Source of the DNA: an uncultured Chloroflexia bacterium
GTDB taxonomy: Bacteria > Chloroflexota > Limnocylindria > Limnocylindrales > CSP1-4
Direction: 5' to 3'
NCBI GenBank assembly: GCA_963819655.1
Contig: CAWFXA010000001.1
Coordinates: 416,001-480,000, forward strand
DNA: 64,000 nucleotides
Shown here: positions 21,423 through 31,562 of the stretch, piece after piece
Numbering within the stretch: position 1 is the stretch's first letter
Layout: each line of letters opens with the position of its first letter
The notes under the pieces: generated by a model
Told to the model about the DNA's origin: nothing
Seen by the model: the letters and a program-made list of their open reading frames with translations, nothing else
Database searches by the model: none
Translations under genes and position numbers: made by a program

Positions 21423-22262
21423 TCAGACCAGCAGGCCGTAGCCGAAATACAGGCCGGCCGCCAGGATCGTGCCCGCGGCGATCGTGCCGACGTTGATATA
21501 CAGGAGGCCGGTCGCCGATTCCATCGACCGCGTGCGCGCGGTCTGCACCGCCGCCCACGACACGATCAGCGGGAAGATGAGCCCGACGATGAGGCGCAAC
21601 CAGACGAAGAGTGCCCCCTCCCCGGTCAGCGCGCCGAAGGGCGCAGGGTCCGCCGGGCCGGCGCCCACCGCGACCCACGCCACGAACAGGCCGACCTGGA
21701 TGGCCATGACGACGAGGAGCACTCGAGCGAGCAGGATGAGCGGCGCTTCGGGGAGCTTGGGCGTCACGAGATACCAGTGGCCCAGGATCATCGCCGCGAA
21801 GACACCGCCCGTGGCGGCGAAGAGGACGGCCAGCTGCACCAGCAGCGCCGCGGCTCCCAGCGGGCCGTTGCCCCAGCCGAGCGCGCCGAACACGACTGTC
21901 AGTCCGCCGGCCACGAGGGCGAGCGTTTCCGCGACGCTGGCCGCCTTTGGTGATGCCCGGCGCCCGACCAGGGCGACGACCGCCAGGACCACGAATGCGG
22001 CGAGGGCGGCGCGGCGCGGGATGTCGAACGAGGGATCCGGCACGACCGGGGACGCTCCGAGCGATCCCGGCAGCGCGCCATCACTGAGCCACGCGAGCAC
22101 CCCGAACGCGATCGCGCAGGCTGTCGCGAAACCCAGGTAGCCACGGGTCGCGGAGGTGCGTCGACGCAGAAGAGCGACCGCGGCGTAGGTGCCCAGCGCA
22201 AGGCCCGCGAGCATCGTCCAGTTGATGTAGGCGAGGTTCTCCGCGATCTGGGTCGCTGACAC
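21423..22262 (-). CDS. polytopic membrane protein of unknown function
   Basis: About 8 hydrophobic segments; AMILGHWYL and SATGLLY motifs. Confidence 0.75.
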   Translation of the reverse strand: MSATQIAENLAYINWTMLAGLALGTYAAVALLRRRTSATRGYLGFATACAIAFGVLAWLSDGALPGSLGASPVVPDPSFDIPRRAALAAFVVLAVVALVGRRASPKAASVAETLALVAGGLTVVFGALGWGNGPLGAAALLVQLAVLFAATGGVFAAMILGHWYLVTPKLPEAPLILLARVLLVVMAIQVGLFVAWVAVGAGPADPAPFGALTGEGALFVWLRLIVGLIFPLIVSWAAVQTARTRSMESATGLLYINVGTIAAGTILAAGLYFGYGLLV

Positions 22263-22321
22263 GTCGCGAGTGTAGCCGCGCCGCTAGCATCGACAATCGA
22301 CGACGCGACGGAGGTATCCCA

Positions 22322-23053
22322 ATGGCACTCCCCGACGGCACCACCATCACGTGGTTCGGCCACTCCTGCATCCGCATCGACACCGCCCGCGGTCGGACGG
22401 TGATCATCGATCCCTGGTTCGCGAGTCCGACGAGCCCGATCGGGGTGGATGCCGTTGACCGCTGCGATCTGCTGCTCGTCACGCACGGCCATTTCGATCA
22501 TTTCGGGGATGCCCTCGCGCTGGCCAGCCGGCTTCGACCGGCGTGGCCGTGCATGCACGAGATGAGCCTGTGGTTGGCGCGCCAGCTCCCCGGTGGCGCC
22601 GATGCGGTGACCGGGATGAACAAGGGCGGCACGGTCGAAGCGGCAGGGCTGCGGGTCACGATGGTCGGCGCGGATCACTCGGCAGGTGACTGGAACGCGG
22701 GTGGCGAGACGACGCTGTACCTCGGCGAGCCTGCGGGGTTCGTGATCGAGCTCGAGGACGGGTACCGGATCTACCACGCCGGCGACACCACCTTGTTCTC
22801 GGACATGCAGCTGATCCGCGAGCTCCACAGGCCCGACCTCGCGATGCTGCCGATCGGCGGGCATTTCACGATGGACCCGCGGGCAGCGGCCATGGCGGCC
22901 GAGTTCCTGGGGGTCAAGGAAGTCGTGCCGCTGCACTACGGGACGTTTCCTGTGCTTGCCGGGACGCCGGAGCAGTTGCGTCAGGCGCTGGCGGCGCGAG
23001 GCCTGGGCGACGTGCGCGTCCACGAGCCGCGCCCGGGCGGTTCGCTCGGCTGA
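22322..23053 (+). CDS. metal-dependent hydrolase, MBL fold (UPF0173-like)
   Basis: WFGHS, IDPW, THGHFDH, YHAGDT, LPIGGHFTM, PLHYGTF. Confidence 0.92.
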   Translation: MALPDGTTITWFGHSCIRIDTARGRTVIIDPWFASPTSPIGVDAVDRCDLLLVTHGHFDHFGDALALASRLRPAWPCMHEMSLWLARQLPGGADAVTGMNKGGTVEAAGLRVTMVGADHSAGDWNAGGETTLYLGEPAGFVIELEDGYRIYHAGDTTLFSDMQLIRELHRPDLAMLPIGGHFTMDPRAAAMAAEFLGVKEVVPLHYGTFPVLAGTPEQLRQALAARGLGDVRVHEPRPGGSLG

Positions 23054-23062
23054 TCAGCGGTG

Positions 23063-23278
23063 GCTCCGTCGCGTCGCCGTGATGCACATATTCCACGTCC
23101 GACCGGACCCTTGTTCGTTGATGCGCACCGGCCGCATCAACGCGCGTCAATACCGCGTTGATGGCCTCCGACATCACGCGGGTCGACCGCGGTTGATGCG
23201 GCCCATGCGCATCAGCAAGGGGTGGTCGACACGGGGTGGTCGACGCCGGCGCAGAAAGTGGACATCAACGCTTGGAGC
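23063..23278. repeat. cluster of REP-like palindromes (GTTGATG...CATCAAC) between convergent genes
   Basis: Hairpins at about 23116-23142, 23155-23180 and 23192-23216; units 1 and 3 are mutually inverted. Confidence 0.7.
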
Positions 23279-23285
23279 GGGAGTG

Positions 23286-24512
23286 CTACGGCCCCAGCGT
23301 CGGTCGGAACGAGACCGAGTCCAGCCAGGTCGTGACATCGGACCGACCGAGATCGACCTCGAGAACGGCGTTCTGGTCCGTCCCGGAAGCGATGATCGGG
23401 AAGGTGATCGGTGCCCACGCAGGGCCGACCGTCGCGGTCCGGGCGACGTAGGAATTCCCTGCCGTCGATGTGATTCGCACGCGGATGTCGCGTGCAGTCT
23501 CGGAACGCATCCACAGTGTGAGCAGGTAATGACGGCCCACCTCGATACGCATGCCCGGCTGGCGCAGCGAGATCCCGGCGTAGGCGGCACTGCCCACCGT
23601 GATGTCGACGACGGCTGCGGTCGTGCCCGCCGCCGGGGCAGTGGTGTCGGCGGCGAGCGACGCCTGAGCGCCCAGCCCGACGAACAGCGCCCACGGCGTC
23701 CCGACGCCGGTCTCGAAGCCACCGTTCGTGACCTGCTCACCCGGCGCCGGCGATGGCTCCGGCGGGATCGGACCACCGGACGGCGGAGGCGATCCGACGG
23801 GTGGGGCCGGCGTGACCGAAGCGGGCGGCTCGCTCGATGGCGGCGGGGCTGACGACGGCGGCGGCGGGGCGGTAGACGGTGGCGCACTCGGTGGCGCGGG
23901 GCTCGGCGAAACGACAGGTGTCGGCGGCGGCGCGACTGCGAGCGCATCGAGCTCGGCCTGCAATGGTCCGAGCTCGGCGATCATTATCACGATGAGGCCG
24001 GCGCCGGCGCGATAGACGGCGTCGTTCTGCACCGATGCGGCGAGCGTCTCGGCCGCCAAATCGCCCATCGACTTGTACAACGCCGCCAGCTTGCCTCCAG
24101 GCTCGTTCTCGCCCAGCGCGCCACCCAGCCCCGCCACGTACTCGGACCCGAGGTTGACCCAGGTGTTCACCTGACGGATAAGTGAGACGACCTCGTTCGT
24201 CCGGAGCGTCGACCGGTCGAGCTCACGCTGCAACCCGAGGCCGATCCCAGCGAGACGCTCATTCACGCCTAGCAGGAGCTTGACGGTGCCAGGGTCGACC
24301 AGTGGCTTGGGCGAGGCCGTCGCGGGCGCGAGCGACAGCGTGGGACCAGGGGATCCCGAGCCCGAGGGCGATGCCGGAGGGACCGCGAAGGCCGTCGTGC
24401 CGAGCACCGCGAGGACGATGACCGCGAGGACGGTCCCGACGATCTCAGGTCCGGGTGGCCAGGTCCGCCTCGGCGCAGGGGTCAGCTCCGGGGCCCGCTC
24501 CGGAGCCGTCAC
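23286..24512 (-). CDS. membrane-anchored protein with Pro/Ser linker and C-terminal carbohydrate-binding (CBM4/9-like) domain
   Basis: N-terminal TM, helical region, PPPS linker, then VTNGGFETG..PW...WLDSVSF. Confidence 0.75.
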   Translation of the reverse strand: MTAPERAPELTPAPRRTWPPGPEIVGTVLAVIVLAVLGTTAFAVPPASPSGSGSPGPTLSLAPATASPKPLVDPGTVKLLLGVNERLAGIGLGLQRELDRSTLRTNEVVSLIRQVNTWVNLGSEYVAGLGGALGENEPGGKLAALYKSMGDLAAETLAASVQNDAVYRAGAGLIVIMIAELGPLQAELDALAVAPPPTPVVSPSPAPPSAPPSTAPPPPSSAPPPSSEPPASVTPAPPVGSPPPSGGPIPPEPSPAPGEQVTNGGFETGVGTPWALFVGLGAQASLAADTTAPAAGTTAAVVDITVGSAAYAGISLRQPGMRIEVGRHYLLTLWMRSETARDIRVRITSTAGNSYVARTATVGPAWAPITFPIIASGTDQNAVLEVDLGRSDVTTWLDSVSFRPTLGP

Positions 24513-25351
24513 GAACCGGCGCCGGCGACCGGTGCCGCTAGAGCTAGCTCGAGATCGGCCGCCGGCATCCCGCCGATCGTCCGGAAGACGATCGCGAGCG
24601 AGGACTGACCCTCGCGGCCCGAGATGATCACCCGGTCGTCCATCGCCGTGACATCGAAATCGAGGACGGCTCCCTCGTGGCGGACCTTGAGCTCACCGGC
24701 ATCGACGGGACCGAACACGCGCAGCTGATCGCCATCGCGAGCGATGGCATAGCACGCACCGATCTCGAGGCCCGCGTTGCCCGAGATGTACACACCGGTG
24801 GAGAGGACCTCACCTGCGCTGATCTCCTCGGAGGTCGTCGCTGCGACGTAGTTGGAGGCCGTGAACGTCGGTCGGATGCCCAGCGACGTGGGAGACGCCA
24901 TCGGCCGAGTCGGCCAGTCGCGCGAGTCCCGACGCGTCGACCCGCGCGCACTCCCGATCGGAGTCGGTGCGACGGACGCCGCTGGCTGCCGATCGCTGTC
25001 GACCGGCGCGACCCTGGCGCCGAGCGTGCGGAATGCGACGGGCTCAGGCGCCGCAGTCGGCTGGCTCTCGCGCGGTGCCGGGCCAGGCTCCCCGATCGAC
25101 CCGAATGCCAGCGATGTCCCGCACCGATCGCACAACGACGCCCAGCCGTGGACCTCCGTATCGCACGTCGGGCAGCGTCCGGGTGGCGCGACGACAAGGA
25201 GGACAAAAGCGAGAGGGCCCGTGAGGGCGCCGAGCGCGAACCACACGGCGGGATTCCGCGCGCAGCGCGTCGCGTACCACCCCGCCAGCGGCGCCCCTAC
25301 GCCGGCCAGCAGGACCAGCACGATGGGGATGCCATCGAGAACGCCCTGCAC
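24509..25351 (-). CDS. membrane protein with zinc ribbon (CPTC...CDRC)
   Basis: GTG at 25351 with a GGAGGA RBS; two TMs (RNPAVWFALG..GPLA) followed by two CxxC. Confidence 0.7.
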   Translation of the reverse strand: MQGVLDGIPIVLVLLAGVGAPLAGWYATRCARNPAVWFALGALTGPLAFVLLVVAPPGRCPTCDTEVHGWASLCDRCGTSLAFGSIGEPGPAPRESQPTAAPEPVAFRTLGARVAPVDSDRQPAASVAPTPIGSARGSTRRDSRDWPTRPMASPTSLGIRPTFTASNYVAATTSEEISAGEVLSTGVYISGNAGLEIGACYAIARDGDQLRVFGPVDAGELKVRHEGAVLDFDVTAMDDRVIISGREGQSSLAIVFRTIGGMPAADLELALAAPVAGAGS

Positions 25352-25700
25352 GCTTCCTCCGGTGTGGTCGGACCGAGGCGGCCATGCTACCCGAGGTCCG
25401 ACAAAGACCGGGGATGGGGTCATGACTCGAGGCTCCGCCACACCGCCGATTGGTGCGGCGGTGCACCGGAAGACGCGTCTGCAATACCCCGCATGCGTCA
25501 ACCGGCCCGTAATCGCAAGTGTAATTGAGAGGTCTGGGCCTTACGATAGGGTCCTCGCGGCTGGTACTTTTAGATCAGCCAAGAGGCGCTGTCATCGGGT
25601 CCGTATCGGACTCATGTCGGTCCGACACTCATCCTGGGGAGGTCTGTCGTCGCGGGAAAGCCGGAGCACCGAGGCTTCGGCATGAAGGGGGAAATAGCGA

Positions 25701-27089
25701 ATGCGTGTCACCGTAGTCGGATTGGGCTACGTTGGGCTCGTCACGGGCGCCTGTCTAGCCGAGTGGGAGCACGACGTCACTGGCGTCGATGCGGACCCAC
25801 GTCGTTTGGCGACGTTGCGCGAAGGGCGCGTCCCATTCCACGAGCCGCGGCTCCCGGAACTGGTCGGCGACGGTGTCACCACCGGGCGCTTGAGCTTCAC
25901 CGACGACCTCAAGGCAGCCTCCGCGGCGGCCGATATGGTGATCGTCGCCGTGGGCACCCACGACGGGAATGGCGGCTGGCAGACCGACACGGTCCGCGGC
26001 GCACTCGCCGACATCGTCCCGGCCATGGCCGAGGGATCGACGCTGGTCGTCCGCTCGACGCTGCCGCCCGATTTCATCCGACAGCTGCCGGCGCTGGTCG
26101 CCAGCCGCCGGGCGACCGCCGGGCTGTCGCCGATCCCGGTGATGCTCAACCCGGAGTTCACCCGTGAGGGTCGGGCCGTCCGTGACTACCAGCAGCCCGA
26201 CCGGATCGTCCTCGGGGTCGTGAGCGACCCGGACGGCCACGGCGAGGCCGCTCTCCGCGAGCTGTATCACTCGGCGGCGGCACCGGTGATCGTCATGGGC
26301 GCCATCGACGCGGCGATCACGAAGCTCGGGGCGAACCTCTTCCTCGCGACGAAGATCAGCTTCGCGAACGAGCTCGCCGAGATCTGCGACGCATTCGGCG
26401 CCGACGTGTCCACGGTCGTCGACGGCATGTCCTATGACAGCCGGATCGGCGGATCCTTCCTGCGCGCCGGTGTCGGGTTCGGCGGCTCGTGCCTCCCGAA
26501 CCAGGTCGCGATGACGATCCGCACGGCCGCCCAGGCCGGGGTGGACACGCCGCTGCTGAGCGCCGTCGACGAGGTCAACCATCGCCGCCGCAGCCAGGTC
26601 GTCGAGCGCGCCGCCTCGCTGCTCGAGGGCACGGTGCGAGGTCGCCGCGTCGCCCTCCTCGGCCTGACGTTCAAGCCCGATACCGACGACCTGCGTGACG
26701 CGCCGGCACTGACGATCGCGACCGAGATGATCGAGCAGGGTGCCTCGGTCGTCGCCTATGACCCGATGCCGTCCGCTCGCGAGCGCTCCGCCGTCCTGGT
26801 GCCAGGGCTGGAGGTCGTGCCTGCGGCCGCCGATGCTCTCCGCGGCGCCGACGTCGCCGTGCTCGTCACCGAGTGGCCGGAATTCGTCGACCTCGATTGG
26901 GCGGTCGCTGGAATGACCATGAGCCGCCGCATCGTCATCGATGGTCGCAATGTGCTGACCGCTGAGCGGCTGTCGGCTGACGGCTTCACGTACTCGTCGT
27001 TCGGCCGCGGAACCGTCGTGCCGGACATGGCTGCGGAAGGCGCCTCTGCCAAGGCCCGTGTCGCTTCGCTGCAGTGGGGCCGCGGGTGA
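25701..27089 (+). CDS. ugd: UDP-glucose 6-dehydrogenase
   Basis: GLGYVG, NPEF, KISFANE, GFGGSCLP, GLTFKPDTDDLR. Confidence 0.92.
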   Translation: MRVTVVGLGYVGLVTGACLAEWEHDVTGVDADPRRLATLREGRVPFHEPRLPELVGDGVTTGRLSFTDDLKAASAAADMVIVAVGTHDGNGGWQTDTVRGALADIVPAMAEGSTLVVRSTLPPDFIRQLPALVASRRATAGLSPIPVMLNPEFTREGRAVRDYQQPDRIVLGVVSDPDGHGEAALRELYHSAAAPVIVMGAIDAAITKLGANLFLATKISFANELAEICDAFGADVSTVVDGMSYDSRIGGSFLRAGVGFGGSCLPNQVAMTIRTAAQAGVDTPLLSAVDEVNHRRRSQVVERAASLLEGTVRGRRVALLGLTFKPDTDDLRDAPALTIATEMIEQGASVVAYDPMPSARERSAVLVPGLEVVPAAADALRGADVAVLVTEWPEFVDLDWAVAGMTMSRRIVIDGRNVLTAERLSADGFTYSSFGRGTVVPDMAAEGASAKARVASLQWGRG

Positions 27090-27754
27090 CACCAGCACGA
27101 CGCCACCACCTGGTCGTCGCCCTGATCGCTGCGCTGGCGGGCGCCGGGATCGGACTGGAAGTCGCCCGCGCGGGCGTTGCCCTCCAGCCGAGCCTCGCCT
27201 GGTGGCTCGGCGTCATCGGGATCATCGCGCTGGTCCTGGTCCTGATCACGCCGCCGGAGGAGCAGGCCGCGGCCCCGACCGCGACGCCTGCGCGCGCCGG
27301 CTGGGCCGAGTTCCGGCGCGAGCTCCGTCGCTCACGCCGATCCGTCCGGCCGATGACGCTGCTCCGCCTGCCCGGACCGGTGAGCCACGAAGCCGCCGAA
27401 ATGGCCGATCTGGCCGGTCGATCCCGCAGGCTCCATGAACACCTGCGCCTCGTCGATCGCACGTGGGTCGATGACGGCAGCGTCTACGTGCTGCTCCCCG
27501 AATCGCCGCGGGCGGCCGCCGACGCCCTCCTCGGCCGGCTCCGGGGCGTCGTTCCGGATCTCATCGCAGATGACGTCAGGATGGCGACGTTCCCCGACGA
27601 CGGGCTGACGAGCGGTGCGCTGATCTCCGCTGTCCACGGCGCGTCGTTGAGCGAGGTTCCGAGGCCGATCCGCGCGGCGCTCGCGGAGGACGATGCCGAG
27701 CTGCTTGGACCCGACGACGTCGAGCCGCTGCCTGAGACCGCGTCGAGATCATGA
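27086..27754 (+). CDS. 2-TM protein with degenerate GGDEF domain retaining the RxxD I-site (PelD-like c-di-GMP receptor)
   Basis: RRELRRSRRSVRPMTLL...LRLVD-RTWVDDGSV-YVLLPES...LLGRLR...ATFPDDG follows the GGDEF-fold pattern without GG(D/E)EF. Confidence 0.7.
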   Translation: MTPARRHHLVVALIAALAGAGIGLEVARAGVALQPSLAWWLGVIGIIALVLVLITPPEEQAAAPTATPARAGWAEFRRELRRSRRSVRPMTLLRLPGPVSHEAAEMADLAGRSRRLHEHLRLVDRTWVDDGSVYVLLPESPRAAADALLGRLRGVVPDLIADDVRMATFPDDGLTSGALISAVHGASLSEVPRPIRAALAEDDAELLGPDDVEPLPETASRS

Positions 27755-28380
27755 CCCGCTCGCCCGGCCAGGTCCGAACGCCCCGCGGATACGCGGCCAC
27801 GAAGCGCATGATCGACCTCGGCGTCTGTCTCATCGCCCTGCCGATCCTGCTGCCGGTCGGGCTGCTCTGCGCCCTTCTGATCCGGCTCGAGTCGCCCGGC
27901 CCGATCCTGTTCGCTCAGCAGCGGACCGGCCAGCACGGCGTCCGGTTCCCGATGTGGAAGTTCCGGACCATGGTCCAGAACGCCGAGGAGCTCAAGGCGT
28001 CGCTCCAGCACCTGAATATCCTGCCCGCGCCCGATTTCAAGATCCCGAACGATCCGCGGGTGACGCGCGTCGGCAAGTTCCTGCGCAAGACGAGCCTCGA
28101 CGAGCTGCCTCAGCTCCTCAATGTGATGCGCGGCCAGATGTCGATCGTGGGGCCGCGTCCGACCTCGTTCGCGGCGAGCACCTACGACCTCTGGCACTCA
28201 GAGCGTCTCGAGGTCGTGCCCGGCATCACCGGCCTGTGGCAGGTCAAGGGCCGCGGGACGATGACCTTCGACGAGCGCCTCCGGCTCGATATCGAGTACA
28301 TCGAGAGCCGATCGACAGGCAACGACCTGAAGCTGATGGCGCAGACCGCCATGGCGGTCTTCAAGGGGTCGGGCGTCTAG
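27751..28380 (+). CDS. priming sugar-phosphate transferase (Bac_transf family)
   Basis: KRMIDL, SPGPILF, KFRTM, DPRVTRVGKFLRKTSLDELPQLLNV, VGPRP, PGITGLWQV. Confidence 0.96.
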   Translation: MTRSPGQVRTPRGYAATKRMIDLGVCLIALPILLPVGLLCALLIRLESPGPILFAQQRTGQHGVRFPMWKFRTMVQNAEELKASLQHLNILPAPDFKIPNDPRVTRVGKFLRKTSLDELPQLLNVMRGQMSIVGPRPTSFAASTYDLWHSERLEVVPGITGLWQVKGRGTMTFDERLRLDIEYIESRSTGNDLKLMAQTAMAVFKGSGV

Positions 28381-28385
28381 GACCG

Positions 28386-28674
28386 TCCCGATCGCGTCAC
28401 TCAGAGCGACATCGTCACTGTGAGTGACAAGATCCGCACAGCCGTGCACGATCGATCGCCCAAACGACGATCCGCCGCATCCTGGGCGCCTCGGCCGTGC
28501 TCGTTCATCCCGATCGCGTCACTCAGGGCGACATCGTCACTGTGAGTGACAAGATCCGCACAGCCGTGCGCGATCGATCGCCCAAACGACGATCCGCCGC
28601 ATCCGTGGGCGCCTCGGCCGTGCTCGTTCATCCCGATCGCGTCACTCAGGGCGACATTGTCACTGTGAGTGACG
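28386..28674. repeat. tandem repeat, ~2.4 copies of a 122-123 bp unit with a GTCACTCA...TGAGTGAC hairpin
   Basis: Units start at 28386, 28508 and 28631 and are near-identical; they lie between convergent genes. Confidence 0.9.
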
Positions 28675-28676
28675 CG

Positions 28677-29628
28677 TCACCGTTGCGGAGCGACCGCGCC
28701 GCGCCGGCCTAGATGCCAGGCGACCTGGCGCGCCAGACCATCTGACGGCTCGACCTGCGGCTCATAGCCGAGGGCGGCCCGTGCACGACCCACGTCGGCG
28801 CTCGTGTGCCGCTGATCGCCCGGTCGCACAGGCTCCCGGTGGATGATCGGCTCGACGCCGACGTGTCCCGCGATCAGCCCGATCGCATCGTTGAGCGAGA
28901 TCGTCCGCCCACCGCCGATGTTGTAGATCCCGCCGACCGCGCCCTGTTCGAGCGCCCGGATCGTGCCGTTGACCGCGTCATCGATGTACGTGTTCGAGCG
29001 CGTCTGCTCACCATCGCCGAAGACCGTGATGGGCTCACGATCGAGCATCGCCTCGATGAACCGGTGGTACGCCATGTCCGGACGCTGGCGCGGCCCGTAG
29101 ATCGAGAAGTAGCGGATGATCGTGGCCGGGAAGCCGCTCAACGCGACGTGCGCCAGGACGAGCTTCTCAGCGGCCAGCTTGGTGATCCCGTAGGGCGAGG
29201 AGGGCTCGAGCGCCCGGTCCTCGTTCCCGACCGCCTCGAGGCCGTACACCGACGACGTCGAGGCCACGACGAACCGCCGGACGCCGGGCGCGCTGGGCCG
29301 CCTCGATCAGGCGGTTCGTGGCGAGGATGTTGCAGGACGTGTATAGCTCGAGGTCCGTCCAGCTGCGCATGAGGCCGGCCATCGCGGCCTCGTGGATGAC
29401 GGCATCGGCGCCGTCGAGCCACGGGTCGAGGTCGTCGGTCCGGAGATCGACCTCGCCGAACCGGTAGCCGGCCGCGCCCGCGATCGGCGCCAGGTTGGCT
29501 TCCTTCATCGACCGCGGGTAGTACGGGATGAAGGCGTCGAGCCCGACCACCTCGTGACCGGCGGCGACCAGCGCCTCGGCGAGGGTGGATCCGATGAAGC
29601 CGGCCGCGCCGGTCACGACGATCCTCAT
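28677..29628 (-). CDS. NAD-dependent epimerase/dehydratase (UDP-glucuronate 4-epimerase-like); +1 frameshift near 29287
   Basis: MRIVVTGAAGFIG in frame 29167; ASTSSVYG, YGITK and YGPRQRPDMA in frame 28677. Confidence 0.9.
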
Positions 29629-31562
29629 GATCCGACGTCCTGGAGCACGCTCACCTCCGCGAGATCGATTGCCTGGGCCGGGGGTGCGCCGGCTGTTTCG
29701 ACACAGACGGAGCCGACGGTCCGGACCGCCGGCATCCGCCAGCGTAGCCCGGCCACGCCGGCGATCAGCTTTCCGCCGTCGGATGTCACTCGCAGGTTGT
29801 ACGTTCGCTTGGCCTGGTCGATGACCGCCGTCACGCGATACCAGACGGTGGGCCGGATGCGCACGGTCGAGCGGATCTTGGTCGCGCGGTCGAACCACGC
29901 CAGCACGCCCTGGTTCGTGACCCGCAGGCTGGCGGTCTCGCCGCCGCTGCCGCGCACGGACAGGATCGTTGCGTCGTCGAGGCCGCGGCGGGACACGCGC
30001 ACGCGCATCCGGATCGTGAGCGTGGTCCCGGGGACCTCGGCAACGTCTCGACACGCGCGGACGCCGGTCTTCGACGACGGCACGCTCAGCGCCTGGCCGT
30101 TCCCGCCGTCGGTCACGATCGACAGCGGAGCGGCTCCGTCCTCCGGTCGCACGTACCAGCCGGCCTCGACCGTCGGACCCATCGGCCACGGCTCGAAGGT
30201 GTCGCGCAGGAGCGTGGCCGTGACCCCGTCCGGAGCGGCCTCAGCAGTGTTCGGGCGGTCAGGATCGGCCGGGTTCGCCGCTGGCGGCCCGGCACCCAGG
30301 TCGACGACGCCGTGGAGGTACCGCCCGCTCGTCCGGTCGCTGGCCAGCACGAGCAGGCCGGCCTCGCGCGAGAGCGGACCCTTGCTCGATGTCACGTCGT
30401 CGATGGTGGTCTCGGTCGGGCTTGCGATGAGCGGGACGCCAGCGCCTGTGTCGAAGAGGATCCGGTCGAGTGGCGCTCGCTTGTAGTAGATCGCTCCGCC
30501 GCTGCCGGGCGACGTTGCAGCGACGGCGATGGTCATCGTCTCGGGATCGACGAGGACGATCGGTCGCGCGAAACGATCACCGATGAGACCGACGAGCGTC
30601 GTGTCCCATGTTCCGTCCGGCCCGCGCGTGGCCAGCAGCGTGCCCGGATCGAGCGACCGATCGAGGGTGGTCCCGACCGCGGCCGCCACGCCGATCCCAC
30701 CGTCTGCCAGCGGGTACGGGACCACGCTCAGCGCGGCATCGTTCCGTTGACCTGTCAGGACCGGCTCCGGCGCCGACCAGGAATCGTCTGGGGCGCCGTC
30801 CTCGTGGACGCTGAAATAGATCCCGGACAGCTGGTTCGTCCACATCACCCCGATGCGTCCGGGTCCGAACGCGACGATCGAGGAGACGTCGATCAGGTCC
30901 ACCGCGGCGGCCCCCGACGCCAGCGCGGTCGGAACGCTCCAGCTCGTGTCCGTGGCGAGCGTGTGCGTCACCAGGACCCGTCCGCCCGCGACGAACGTGA
31001 CCCACACGCCGCCTGCGGAGTCCGCGGTCATCACCGCCGAGCTCCCGCCACCGGGGAAGATCGTGACCGGGAAGTCGGCGTCGAGCGTGAAGCGCACCGC
31101 CTTGGCGTCGAAGGTGAAGCGGCGAACGCGGATGGCGTGGTTCTCCGAAGGTCGCGACCCGCCGGCCACCGTGTAGAGATGGGTCCCGGTCCACAGGACG
31201 TCCGCGTCGGCAAACGGCCGCTCGTCCATGAGCTCGCCCGTGTCCGCCCAGACCTGGGTATCCGCATCGAGTCGGTAGATGCCGAGCCGGTTCGTCGTGC
31301 GGCCGAACAAGGCGCCCCACCACTGGCCCTCCGCGTACCACAGCTTCGATTGGGCGGAGCTCGTCGTCGGGGCGCCGACGATGGTCGGGTCGACGGCGTA
31401 GTCGGCGAACGTCAGTCCGGCGGGCGGGGGCGGGAGCGGTGACCCGGTCGGCGGCGGCTGCGGCGTGGCGATCGGGGCCGTGGGCGTCGGGCCAGGACTC
31501 GGGCTCAACGCCATGACGGCCACGATCGAGCCGGCCGCGACGATGACGATCAGGCCCAGCAC
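29625..31562 (-). CDS. membrane-anchored surface protein: Pro linker, beta-propeller-like domain, C-terminal beta-sandwich
   Basis: SKLWYAEGQWW...ADVLWTGTHLY...FPVTI is homologous to the N-terminal domain of the 36096 protein; start uncertain. Confidence 0.75.
   Translation of the reverse strand: MLGLIVIVAAGSIVAVMALSPSPGPTPTAPIATPQPPPTGSPLPPPPAGLTFADYAVDPTIVGAPTTSSAQSKLWYAEGQWWGALFGRTTNRLGIYRLDADTQVWADTGELMDERPFADADVLWTGTHLYTVAGGSRPSENHAIRVRRFTFDAKAVRFTLDADFPVTIFPGGGSSAVMTADSAGGVWVTFVAGGRVLVTHTLATDTSWSVPTALASGAAAVDLIDVSSIVAFGPGRIGVMWTNQLSGIYFSVHEDGAPDDSWSAPEPVLTGQRNDAALSVVPYPLADGGIGVAAAVGTTLDRSLDPGTLLATRGPDGTWDTTLVGLIGDRFARPIVLVDPETMTIAVAATSPGSGGAIYYKRAPLDRILFDTGAGVPLIASPTETTIDDVTSSKGPLSREAGLLVLASDRTSGRYLHGVVDLGAGPPAANPADPDRPNTAEAAPDGVTATLLRDTFEPWPMGPTVEAGWYVRPEDGAAPLSIVTDGGNGQALSVPSSKTGVRACRDVAEVPGTTLTIRMRVRVSRRGLDDATILSVRGSGGETASLRVTNQGVLAWFDRATKIRSTVRIRPTVWYRVTAVIDQAKRTYNLRVTSDGGKLIAGVAGLRWRMPAVRTVGSVCVETAGAPPAQAIDLAEVSVLQDVGS

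Noticed and set aside
25520-25700. Second c-di-GMP or c-di-AMP riboswitch upstream of ugd
   Set aside because: Only a GGGAAAGCC word is present; the P2/P3 architecture and GCAAA core are absent.
28386-28674. CRISPR-like appearance (palindromic repeats with spacers)
   Set aside because: The spacers are near-identical and ~78 bp long, and there are no cas genes; this is a tandem repeat.
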